Assembly (NCBI GenBank): GCA_040882355.1
Contig: JBBEBM010000021.1
Location: 1 to 36,293, forward strand
Direction: 5' to 3'
From: Dehalococcoidia bacterium
GTDB lineage: Bacteria; Chloroflexota; Dehalococcoidia; DSTF01; RBG-16-68-14
Length of the DNA: 36,293 nucleotides
Of the stretch, positions 18,804 through 27,364 are shown one piece after another (positions within the stretch are counted from its first letter, which is position 1; each line of letters opens with the position of its first letter). Under the pieces are notes generated by a model that ran no database searches, had not been told where the DNA came from, and worked only from the letters and a program-made list of their open reading frames with translations. The position numbers and the translations under genes were made by a program.

Positions 18804-19226
18804 GTGACCGCTCCCTCTCGCCTCCTCCTATCCAACCTTCCCAAGGGACACGAACTTGCAACAGACCGGATCGACCTCACGAGCGCACGAATCGCCGCCT
18901 ACCTCGCAGCGACTGGCGACACGAACGTCGCTTACGCTGACCGCGACATCGCGCCGCCGCTCGCCGTCGCGGCGCTCGCGCTGGGCGCGTTGCTCGAGCA
19001 GATCGAACTGCCAGCCGCGAGCCTCCACACCAGCCAGGAAGTCGAGGCGCGCGCCGGCGTACCGCTCGACGCGACCCTGGCACTGCGCGGGCGCATCGCG
19101 CAGCGGTCGGAGCGCGCGGCCATGGTGATCTCGGTCCTCGAGTTCGAGGTCACGCCGGAGGGCGCGACGGAGCCGACCATCACCGGCCGAACGACGGTGA
19201 TGATGCCGGGCGCGAGTCGATCATGA
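18804..19226 (+). CDS. MaoC-like hotdog-fold protein (degenerate hydratase motif)
   Basis: YLAATGDTN..Y..IAPP, LHTSQEVE; start GTG 18804 uncertain; ATGA overlap with the next gene. Confidence 0.75.
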   Translation: MTAPSRLLLSNLPKGHELATDRIDLTSARIAAYLAATGDTNVAYADRDIAPPLAVAALALGALLEQIELPAASLHTSQEVEARAGVPLDATLALRGRIAQRSERAAMVISVLEFEVTPEGATEPTITGRTTVMMPGASRS

Positions 19227-19606
19227 GCGCGCCGGCCGTCGCTCCGGTCATCAAGCAGCTCAGCCAGGAGCAGATCGCTCGTTACGCGGACGCGTCCGGC
19301 GATCATAACCCGATCCACGTCGACGAGGCGTTCGCCCGCGCGACGCCGCTCGGCGGCACGATCGCGCACGGCATGCTGGTCCTCGCGTTCATTTCGGAGA
19401 TGATGACGTCGGCGTTCGGCGCGGCCTGGCTCTCCAGCGGACGGCTGCGCGTGCGCTTTCGCGCGCCCGCCCGACCCGGCGACACGATCACGGCCAGCGC
19501 CCAGACCCAGACCGAGCGCGACGATACGCTTACGTATGCCGTCGAATGTCGTAACCAGGAGGACGAAGTGCTGATCAGCGGCACCGCCGAGGTGTCGCGT
19601 GGCTGA
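19223..19606 (+). CDS. MaoC-family dehydratase
   Basis: YADASGDHNPIHVD...IAHGML, RFRAP.RPGDT. Confidence 0.92.
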   Translation: MSAPAVAPVIKQLSQEQIARYADASGDHNPIHVDEAFARATPLGGTIAHGMLVLAFISEMMTSAFGAAWLSSGRLRVRFRAPARPGDTITASAQTQTERDDTLTYAVECRNQEDEVLISGTAEVSRG

Positions 19607-20084
19607 GCGCCCGAATCCGGCGCGACTTTGCTTCGGCTGCGGCGACGAGAACCCGCGCGGCCTCGGCATGCGCTTTGCGGTGGAAGACGGTCGCGCCGTC
19701 GCGCAGTTCACACCGCCCGACTACCTGCAGGGCTACCCGGGCCGGATGCACGGCGGGGGCGTCGCGACGATGCTCGATGAGGCGATGGGCTGGGCGGTCT
19801 ACGCGCAGGGCGCCTGGGCGATGACCGCTCGCTTCACGATGCGCTTCCACAAGGGGATACCGGTTGGCGAGCCGCTCGTCATCTCGGGCTGGGTGACACG
19901 CGACCGGGGCCGCTTCCTGGAGGTGCAGGCGGAAGCGCGCACCGATGACGGCACGTTGCTGGCGCAGGCGGAGGGCCTGTTCGCGCGGGTGACCGGGCCG
20001 CAGATGGAGGAGCTTCGACAGATCTACGAGGGGGCCGGCCGCCAGACCGAGACGATCTCGTCGCTCCAGGACGGCCGCGGGTAG
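19599..20084 (+). CDS. PaaI-family thioesterase
   Basis: CFGCGDENPRGL, HGGGVATMLDEAMG. Confidence 0.9.
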   Translation: MAERPNPARLCFGCGDENPRGLGMRFAVEDGRAVAQFTPPDYLQGYPGRMHGGGVATMLDEAMGWAVYAQGAWAMTARFTMRFHKGIPVGEPLVISGWVTRDRGRFLEVQAEARTDDGTLLAQAEGLFARVTGPQMEELRQIYEGAGRQTETISSLQDGRG

Positions 20085-20803
20085 GCCGCGCCGTCGAGCG
20101 CCCGCAGCATCCGCCGCGACAGGCTATCGGGCAGGCGACCCAGCACGCGACCCCACCCATAGAACTGGCTCAGCAGGCAGACGCCGTAGGCGCGTTCGAG
20201 CGTTAGCCACGGCCTGCCCAGCTCGCGGATCAGCGGCCAGTCGCCCTTGAAGGTGTGGTCGGGCGGGATCTGCCAGCACGGCCACTCAGCGCAGTGGTGC
20301 AGTCGCGATGCCTTCGCCGGCGGGTGGAAGAGACGACCAAGCTTGGTCGTCAAACCTTCGAAGTTGTGCAGCGCGATGACCGCGCGGCCTGTAGGCTTGA
20401 GCACGCGCGCCGCCTCCTTCATGAAGGCATGCCGGTCCGCGAAGTGATCGAGCGCGCCCTGGCAGGTCACCGCATCAAGAGATGCATCGGGGAACGGAAG
20501 CCGCTCGCCGATGGCGCGCACGAGGCGCACCTCCGTACCCATCTCCTCGTTCACGCCGCGAGCGAGGCCCAGCATGGGTACGGAGGGCTCGACGGCGTAG
20601 GCCTGCCAGCCGAGCTGCGCCAGCCGCGCCAGCTCCCGCGACGACCCGGAGCCGACGTCGACGACGCGCCCGGGCGGCGCTTCGGCGACCGTACCGACCG
20701 TCGCGTCGGCGATGCGCTCGAAGAGGAACGCCAGATCAGGCAGGATCGGGCCGGAGATGAAGTGCTCGAGCTGGTAGTCGGTGTCGACCGCGGGCAGGGT
20801 CAT
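20024..20803 (-). CDS. Class I SAM-dependent methyltransferase (Methyltransf_11-like)
   Basis: VVDVGSGS, ERLPFPDASLDAV, ARVLKPTG. Confidence 0.88.
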   Translation of the reverse strand: MTLPAVDTDYQLEHFISGPILPDLAFLFERIADATVGTVAEAPPGRVVDVGSGSSRELARLAQLGWQAYAVEPSVPMLGLARGVNEEMGTEVRLVRAIGERLPFPDASLDAVTCQGALDHFADRHAFMKEAARVLKPTGRAVIALHNFEGLTTKLGRLFHPPAKASRLHHCAEWPCWQIPPDHTFKGDWPLIRELGRPWLTLERAYGVCLLSQFYGWGRVLGRLPDSLSRRMLRALDGAAYPRPSWSDEIVSVWRPAPS

Positions 20804-20906
20804 ATCTGAGGCATGGTAGTCGAAGCCGCGAGACGGTCACAAGAACCAGTAGCGCCGCTTCGCGCGACTCGCTATCATGGCGCGGGCCGCGAGCTCACGA
20901 GGGGGC

Positions 20907-20999
20907 GCATGGACCCGCAGGGCAAGGATGTACGACACCGCCGACTGAAGTCGGCGGCATAGCCTGCGCGTTGGAGGAGCATGGACCCACAGGGCAAGG
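20907..20999 (+). repeat. 21-nt direct repeat of the SDR start region flanking a REP-like palindrome
   Basis: GCATGGACCCGCAGGGCAAGG (20907-20927) and GCATGGACCCACAGGGCAAGG (20979-20999); palindrome CCGCCGAC-TGAA-GTCGGCGG at 20938-20957. Confidence 0.85.
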
Positions 21000-21727
21000 T
21001 CATCATCATCACCGGCGGCGCGTCGGGCATCGGCCTGGCGACGGCGAAGCTGCTCGCGTCGAACGGCGCCCGCATCGTCGTCGCCGACATGAACGCCGAC
21101 GCCGCCGCGAGCGCTATGCTTGAGATCGGCACTGATACGCGCTTCGTCCGCGCTGACGTGACGAAGCGCGACGACGTGCAGGCGATGCTCGACTTCGCCG
21201 TCGCGCAGTGTGGCCGCATCGATATCGTCCACAACAACGCGGGCATCAACGAGGGCGGGCAGGACTTCCTGGCGCCGGGCGCGACGGCGTGGGAGCGCAC
21301 GCTCGCCGTCGACCTGGGCGCCGTGATGCTCTGCACGCAGCTTGAGGTGCAGCACTTCCGCAAACAGGGCGGCGGCGGCGTGATCATCAACACCGCTTCC
21401 ATGGGCGGCATCGAGCCGATGCCCACCAGCCCGATCTACGCAGCGAGCAAGGCGGGGGTGATCCACTTCAGCCGCTCGCTCGGCTACCTGGCGAACGAGG
21501 GCATCCGCGTGAACGCGGTCTGCCCCACCTTTACCGACACGCCGATGGTACGCGGCGGCGGTGAACCGGCGATCAAATTCGCGAAGGAGCGCGTCGGCGG
21601 CATCCTGCAGCCGGAGCAGGTCGCGGAGGGCGTGCTCGAGCTGATCAAGGACGACTCGCGCGCGGGCGCCGTTATGCGCGTCACCGTGCGCAAGGGCATC
21701 GACTATACGTTCGAACCAAGACGATAA
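20981..21727 (+). CDS. Short-chain dehydrogenase/reductase
   Basis: TGGASGIG, NNAG, S...YAASK, VNAVCP. Confidence 0.95.
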   Translation: MDPQGKVIIITGGASGIGLATAKLLASNGARIVVADMNADAAASAMLEIGTDTRFVRADVTKRDDVQAMLDFAVAQCGRIDIVHNNAGINEGGQDFLAPGATAWERTLAVDLGAVMLCTQLEVQHFRKQGGGGVIINTASMGGIEPMPTSPIYAASKAGVIHFSRSLGYLANEGIRVNAVCPTFTDTPMVRGGGEPAIKFAKERVGGILQPEQVAEGVLELIKDDSRAGAVMRVTVRKGIDYTFEPRR

Positions 21728-21738
21728 CGCCCGATGGG

Positions 21739-21793
21739 CCGTAGCTGCAGACCTTCAGGTCTGCCACGCAGGGCTAAAGTCCTGCAGCTACGG
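21739..21793. repeat. GTAG-type REP doublet (REPIN-like)
   Basis: CCGTAGCTGCAGACC-TTCA-GGTCTGC followed by the inverted copy GCAGGGC-TAAA-GTCCTGCAGCTACGG. Confidence 0.75.
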
Positions 21794-21815
21794 ACCTGGA
21801 ACGAAGGAGGACGCC

Positions 21816-22523
21816 ATGGCAGGACGTTGGGACACGTTGACAGTCGACGGCGCCGAGATGCGCTGCTACGTGACGACGCCGAGCGGCTCGGGGCCGCACC
21901 CGGCGGTCGTCGTCATTCAGCATGCGGGTGGCGTCGACGACTTCGTGCAAACGATGACCGACCGCATCGCCGAGGCCGGCTTCGTCGGCGCAGCGCCCGA
22001 CCTCTATCATCGAGACGATCCGAACGCCAGCGACGACGCGCTGACGCGCATGAGCCGCCTGCGCGACAAGCACATCGTCGCGGACACGAACGCGACGATC
22101 GCGCACGTCAAGGGGATGTCAGAGGTGCGCAGCGACCGCCTTGGCATCACCGGCTTCTGCATGGGCGGGCGCGTCGCCTACCTGATGGCGGCGCAGGCGC
22201 CGGAGCTGAAGGCGTCGGTGGTGTTCTACGGCGGCAACACGATGGTATCCTGGGGCGAAGGCGCGGCGCCGTTCGAGCTGAGCGACCGCATCGCCTGCCC
22301 CGTCCTTGGCCTCTTCGGCGAGGACGACGGCAACCCCAACCCAGCGGACGTCGCCAAGATCGACGCGGAGCTCACGCGCCTCGGCAAGACGCATGAGTTC
22401 CACTCGTACGCCGGTGCGGGCCACGCCTTCATGAGCGAGGGCCGGCCTAGCCACCGGGCGGAGGCGGCGGCCGACGCCTGGCAGAAGTGCGTCGCCTGGT
22501 TCGACCGTTACCTGAAAGACTAG
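21816..22523 (+). CDS. Dienelactone hydrolase family protein
   Basis: APDLYHR, GFCMGG, AGHAF; AAGGAGG RBS. Confidence 0.93.
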   Translation: MAGRWDTLTVDGAEMRCYVTTPSGSGPHPAVVVIQHAGGVDDFVQTMTDRIAEAGFVGAAPDLYHRDDPNASDDALTRMSRLRDKHIVADTNATIAHVKGMSEVRSDRLGITGFCMGGRVAYLMAAQAPELKASVVFYGGNTMVSWGEGAAPFELSDRIACPVLGLFGEDDGNPNPADVAKIDAELTRLGKTHEFHSYAGAGHAFMSEGRPSHRAEAAADAWQKCVAWFDRYLKD

Positions 22524-22810
22524 TGCCCTCCTACCCGGGCACGCTCAAGTGCGTCGCGGCTTACTCGCCGCGACGGCCGCTCAAGGAGCTGATCGGGCAA
22601 GCGCTGACAGGGCGCCTAGGCGCGGAGGACGTCCGCTACCTCTTTGGCCGGGTCTTCCTGATCTACACGCAGGCGGACACCTCGACCGTGCGCGACTGGC
22701 TCACGCCGCTGATCGAGGAGGACGAGTCGCTGTTTGTCACGGAGTTCGAGCGCTGGTCAGGCTTCGGCCCCGCGCCCGACCGCGATTGGCTGCGCGAGCG
22801 CGGCCACTAG
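22523..22810 (+). CDS. Hypothetical 95-aa protein, possible Cas2/VapD-like ferredoxin fold
   Basis: GTG overlaps the DLH stop (TAGTG); host-like codon use; VFLIYT...VRDWL..LIEEDESLFV..WSG pattern. Confidence 0.65.
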   Translation: MPSYPGTLKCVAAYSPRRPLKELIGQALTGRLGAEDVRYLFGRVFLIYTQADTSTVRDWLTPLIEEDESLFVTEFERWSGFGPAPDRDWLRERGH

Positions 22811-22814
22811 CACG

Positions 22815-25800
22815 CTACGTGCTCGCAGAGGCCCGCAGCCCCCGCACTTGGTCTGAGTTGAAAAACGTCTGGCGCAGCGATTCGTCGGTGAGCCCTGCCG
22901 CCACCCGGTCGATGACCGCCAGAGCTTCGCGGTAGGCCTGGCGCGCTTCCTCAGGCCGTCCTTGCGCCTGCCGGAGCTCTCCTAGGGCGGCGTGCGTTTT
23001 CCAGAGCTGCGGCGGGTTGCCGACCTCTTTGGCCACCTCGAGCGCCCGAGCGATTTCTCGCTCTGCCTCGTCGAGTTCGCCAAGCGCCTGAAGCGCCTGC
23101 GCCCGCAGCCGTCGGCCCTTGACGATGTTCTTCTTGCGGCCCGTGCCCTCGGCCCGCTCGATACACTCATCTGCGTACGACAACGCATCATCGTAGTTCT
23201 GCCTTGCGAGACACAGCTCACCGTAGCTGTGGCACAGATGCTGCGCGTAGCTCCACAGCACCCAGCGGTCCTGTGGGCGCGGGTCCCTCACGATCCGTTC
23301 GACATGCGCGAACTGTTCCTCCGCCTCATCGAAGCGGCCGAGCGCGAGCAGCGAGTCGCCCACATTGAGCCGCGCATTGCTTTCACACTCGGGGTCGGGG
23401 AAGCCCGCTGCGGCCGCCTTATCGGCGCCCCGGCGGTTCCACTCCAGCGCCCGCTGATTGTCGTGCAGCTCGTTGTAGACCCAGCCGACGCTATTCATCG
23501 CCTGTATCCGGGTCTGGACCTCACCCGTGCGCTCACAGATCAGGAGAAGCTCGCCCCAAAGCGCCAGCGCCTGCTGGTACTCGCCCCTTCCGGCGTGCAG
23601 GATACCCTCCCACCAACGGTCGAGGACCAGAGCCGTCACTTGCTGCTCTTCCTGCGCCCCTCGCAAACGCTCGAGGATCTCGATTCCGGAATCAAACTCC
23701 GCTGCCCAGCCAAGGCGCACCGCGCTTAGGAAAGGGGCGAACCACCGAGCGAACGGCTGCCAGGAGGAGTCGAACATGCCCTGCGCCTCGGCCAGCAAGC
23801 GTTCGCCTTGCCGCAGGTCGCCGAGAACGAGGGAGTTCTCCGCAAGCCAGACGGTAGCTTGGAACCTCGTTTCACCAAGGTCGTGCTCGTCAGCGAGCGC
23901 GAGCGCGGCCCGCAGCGTTTCCTCCGCAGTCTCGTGCTCGTGAGCCCACACTTGGACCATGCCCAGGTATGCGAGGGCAGTGCCTTCCAGGCGCCTGTCA
24001 CCCAGGCTTCTGGCCGCATCCAGCATGGCCCCGGCGGCGCTCTGCCCGCGCGCGAGGTCGCCGACTGTGAAGAACGTCCAGAGCTGCTTTTCGGCGATGC
24101 GCGCGTATTGCAGGGCTACCTGGCTGCCCAGCTCCGTGCAGACCTCCAGAGCCCGACCGTAGTACGTGACCGCGTCCTCGTTGGCGTAGCCGGCAGCCGC
24201 TTTGTCGCCGGCCTTCTCCAGATAGTCCAGCGCCTTCTCCCATGACTGCCCTTCGTAGTAGTGAAGGGCGAGCGCTTCGTAGTGTTCCGCCAGCCGCTCC
24301 GAGTACAGCTCTTCGATCGCGGCGGCCACGATCCGGTGCAGCGCGCGCCGTCGCTCAACGAGCAGCGTAGAAAGCGCCACCTCGTGCGTGAGCGCATGCT
24401 TGAACATGTACGAGAGCTCAGGATAGTACGCTTTCTCGTAGATCAGCTCCAGGCCCTTCAACTCACCGAGGGCGCTATCAAGTTCCGTATCAACATCAGA
24501 GATGCGATCGAGCAGCCGCACGGTAAACTCGCGCCCGATGACCGAGGCGAGCTGGATTGCCTGCCTGGCCTCGACCTCCAGCCTGTCGATGCGGCTCAGG
24601 ATGACCTCCTGAACGGTGTTTGGCACCACCACTAGTTCGGCGGGCCGGTCGAGGAAATACGACCCGTTACTCCTGCGCAAAACGCCGGTTTCGAGCAGCG
24701 ACTTGGTCACCTCTTCGATGAAAAAGGGATTGCCCTCCGCCTTCCTGACGATGAGCTCCGCGAGCTCCGAAGGCAACGTTGCCCCATGGAGAACGCTTCC
24801 GGCGAGCGTCGCGCTGTCCGCCGGTGCCAAGTGCCGAAGCGCGAGCCGGTTGTAGTACGTTCGGTCACCCAGCGCCTGGCTGTACCCCGGCCGGTGCGTG
24901 AGCACGAGCAGAATGGGTGTCCCGGCGATCAGATCAACCAGCGCCGTGAGCGCCTCCTCGGACTGCTCGTCGATCCAGTGCAGGTCTTCGACCACGACGA
25001 ACAAGCGACTTTGACGGCTCTCCTGAATGAGGAGGGCACGCAGACCATCCATGATGCCCGCCCGGCGTTCGAGCGGGTCCATCGTGGCGATCGCGGGGTC
25101 ACCTGGTTCAACGTTGAGCAGGAACTTGAGGTACGGCACCGTGGCCCGTGCCGTCTCATCCCACAAGGCTGTGCCTGAGTCGATGCGCTCGATGATATGC
25201 TTGTCGTCGTCGCTCTCCTGAACACCGAAGTTGCCCTTGACAACGTCGATGAGCGGTAGGTAGGGCATGTTGCGGCCGTAGGAAACGCAGTGACCTTCGA
25301 GCCAGACGCCGCCCTCGGCGGCAACGGCACCGCGCAGTTCCAACAGCAGGCGAGACTTGCCGATGCCAGCTTCGCCCGACACGAAGACGACCTGTCCTTG
25401 GCTGCGCTGGGCCTGCTCGAGATAGGTCCGGAGCATGGCTAGCTCTTGCTCGCGCCCGATGAAGGGTGTCAGCCCACGCTCGGCCGCGATTTCCAATCGG
25501 GTCCGGAGCGGTAACTCCCGAAGAACCTCGTAGGCGTGTACAAGACCTGACCTGCCCCTGACCTCCAACAGATCGAGGTCCCTGAATTCGAAGTAGCCAG
25601 AGGATTGCAGGTAGGTGTCTTCGGTGATGTAGACGCTCTCTGGCTGGGCCCACTCTTCCATGCGAGCCGCGAGGTTCACAGTGTCGCCGATGGCCGTGTA
25701 GTCCATCGCAAGGTCGTCCGAGATGTGGCCAACGACGACCGGGCCCGTGTTGAGGCCAATGCGATACATGAACGCCGCCGACTTCGAGCCACGCGGCTCC

Positions 25801-26315
25801 TCGGCGTATCGCCTGAGCGCGTCGCGCATGGCGATTGCCGCTGAGACCGCGCGCCGGGCGCTGTCCTCATGGGCGATGGGGGCGCCGAAGAGGGCCATGA
25901 TGCCATCACCTCGGAACTGCGTCACCGTCCCCTCGAAGCGGTGGACGGCGTCGACCATGAGCTGAGTGCATTCCTGCACGACGCGGCGGGCTTCTTCCGG
26001 TTCGACCTTCTCCGAGGCCGCCGTGGAGCCCTTCGCGTCGATAAACAGGACGGTCACCGTGCGGCGCTCGCCCTCCGCAGCGGCGCGTTCACGCAGAATC
26101 TTCTCGGCGAGATGGGGCGGCGTGTAGGATCGTGGGTCCGCCGTTGCGGGTGACGCCGCGTCATCGCCGAGTGCCTGGCCGCACGAGTCGCAGAAGCGCG
26201 AGGCGGGGCGGAGGTTAGCCTGGCAGTTGGGGCAGCTTCGCGCCAACGCGGCGCCGCATCGGTCGCAGAACGACGCTCCTCCTCGATTCTCCTGCCCGCA
26301 AGATGCGCAGTGCAT
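22815..26315 (-). CDS. Double zinc ribbon + class III nucleotide cyclase + STAND/AAA ATPase + TPR protein
   Basis: Four CxxC, TVLFID, FRGDGIMALFG, GDTVNLAARME, GEAGIGKS, VEDLHWID, GNPFF, FKHALT; start set at ATG 26315; TGCTATCCT -10 just upstream. Confidence 0.92.
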   Translation of the reverse strand: MHCASCGQENRGGASFCDRCGAALARSCPNCQANLRPASRFCDSCGQALGDDAASPATADPRSYTPPHLAEKILRERAAAEGERRTVTVLFIDAKGSTAASEKVEPEEARRVVQECTQLMVDAVHRFEGTVTQFRGDGIMALFGAPIAHEDSARRAVSAAIAMRDALRRYAEEPRGSKSAAFMYRIGLNTGPVVVGHISDDLAMDYTAIGDTVNLAARMEEWAQPESVYITEDTYLQSSGYFEFRDLDLLEVRGRSGLVHAYEVLRELPLRTRLEIAAERGLTPFIGREQELAMLRTYLEQAQRSQGQVVFVSGEAGIGKSRLLLELRGAVAAEGGVWLEGHCVSYGRNMPYLPLIDVVKGNFGVQESDDDKHIIERIDSGTALWDETARATVPYLKFLLNVEPGDPAIATMDPLERRAGIMDGLRALLIQESRQSRLFVVVEDLHWIDEQSEEALTALVDLIAGTPILLVLTHRPGYSQALGDRTYYNRLALRHLAPADSATLAGSVLHGATLPSELAELIVRKAEGNPFFIEEVTKSLLETGVLRRSNGSYFLDRPAELVVVPNTVQEVILSRIDRLEVEARQAIQLASVIGREFTVRLLDRISDVDTELDSALGELKGLELIYEKAYYPELSYMFKHALTHEVALSTLLVERRRALHRIVAAAIEELYSERLAEHYEALALHYYEGQSWEKALDYLEKAGDKAAAGYANEDAVTYYGRALEVCTELGSQVALQYARIAEKQLWTFFTVGDLARGQSAAGAMLDAARSLGDRRLEGTALAYLGMVQVWAHEHETAEETLRAALALADEHDLGETRFQATVWLAENSLVLGDLRQGERLLAEAQGMFDSSWQPFARWFAPFLSAVRLGWAAEFDSGIEILERLRGAQEEQQVTALVLDRWWEGILHAGRGEYQQALALWGELLLICERTGEVQTRIQAMNSVGWVYNELHDNQRALEWNRRGADKAAAAGFPDPECESNARLNVGDSLLALGRFDEAEEQFAHVERIVRDPRPQDRWVLWSYAQHLCHSYGELCLARQNYDDALSYADECIERAEGTGRKKNIVKGRRLRAQALQALGELDEAEREIARALEVAKEVGNPPQLWKTHAALGELRQAQGRPEEARQAYREALAVIDRVAAGLTDESLRQTFFNSDQVRGLRASAST

Positions 26316-26432
26316 GTCGCTTTCGAGGGAGAGGATAGCATACGCGATCAGGCGCACCCTCACCTATAATGGTGGCGCGCTGAGGAGGCGCCCTAATGGA
26401 GCAACCGAACAAGGTGGCCGGGTAGCCTCGCG

Positions 26433-27296
26433 ATGGCCGGGGAGGGAGTCACCGCCGTGCTTCTGATCTCGTGCCGCGATCAGAAGGGTCTGGTCGCCGC
26501 GGTCTCCGACTTCCTCTACCGCCACAACGGCAACATCATCCACGCCGACCAGCACACCGACCTGGAGGAGGGCGTCTTCCTTCAGCGCGTCGAGTGGGAG
26601 CTGGCCGGCTTCGACGTCGCGCGCGACGGGATCGCCGAGGCGTTCCGGCCGATCGCCGAGCGCTTCGAGATGACGTGGCGCCTCCACTTCTCCGACGAGC
26701 TGCCCCGCGTCGCCGTCTTCGTCTCAAAGCTCCCCCACTGCCTCTACGATCTGCTGGCGCGATGGCGCATGGGTGAGTTCCGCGCCGAAGTGCCGCTCGT
26801 GATCAGCAACCATGACGACCTGCGCCCGATCGCGAGTGACTTCGGCGTCGCGTACCACCATCTGCCGATCACGCCGGACAAGAAGGCGGCGCAGGAGGGG
26901 CGCATCGCCGAGCTGCTGGAAGGCGAGCGCGTCGATCTCGTCGTGCTGGCGCGCTACATGCAGGTGCTGGGCGAGGACATCGTCGGCCGGTACGGGAACC
27001 GCACGATCAACATCCACCATTCCTTCCTGCCCGCCTTCGCCGGGGCGCGCCCCTACCACCACGCGCACGAGCGCGGCGTAAAGATCATCGGTGCGACCGC
27101 ACATTATGTCACGCCGGAGCTCGACCAGGGCCCGATTATCGACCAGGACGTGGCGCGCGTAAGCCATCGCGACTCCGTCGCCGACCTGATCCGCAAAGGC
27201 CGCGACCTGGAGAAGACCGTCCTCGCCCGGGCCGTCGACCTCCACCTGCGCAACCGCATCGTCGTCTACGGCAACAAGACCGTCGTCTTCGACTAG
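26433..27296 (+). CDS. purU: Formyltetrahydrofolate deformylase
   Basis: N-terminal ACT (SCRDQKGLVA), VSK..HCL, LARYMQVL, INIHHSFLPAF, GATAHYV, LDQGPII, C-terminal NKTVVFD; TATAAT at 26365-26370. Confidence 0.97.
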   Translation: MAGEGVTAVLLISCRDQKGLVAAVSDFLYRHNGNIIHADQHTDLEEGVFLQRVEWELAGFDVARDGIAEAFRPIAERFEMTWRLHFSDELPRVAVFVSKLPHCLYDLLARWRMGEFRAEVPLVISNHDDLRPIASDFGVAYHHLPITPDKKAAQEGRIAELLEGERVDLVVLARYMQVLGEDIVGRYGNRTINIHHSFLPAFAGARPYHHAHERGVKIIGATAHYVTPELDQGPIIDQDVARVSHRDSVADLIRKGRDLEKTVLARAVDLHLRNRIVVYGNKTVVFD

Positions 27297-27308
27297 GCCG
27301 GCCGCTGC

Positions 27309-27337
27309 TTGACCGTTGCTCGGCCTCTCCGTATTGT
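27309..27337 (+). promoter_or_regulatory. Sigma70-type promoter of the birA-bio operon
   Basis: TTGACC (27309-27314), 17 nt, TATTGT (27332-27337). Confidence 0.75.
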
Positions 27338-27364
27338 AAACCCGATCCGTCATGCCGGTTGACA
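27335..27364. promoter_or_regulatory. BirA operator (bioO)
   Basis: TGTAAACC-N14-GGTTGACA matches the known BirA palindrome architecture and precedes a biotin operon. Confidence 0.85.

Noticed and set aside
20024..20084. 61-nt convergent overlap of thioesterase and methyltransferase as antisense regulation
   Set aside because: Easily explained by stop-codon drift in high-GC DNA; the tails look unconstrained
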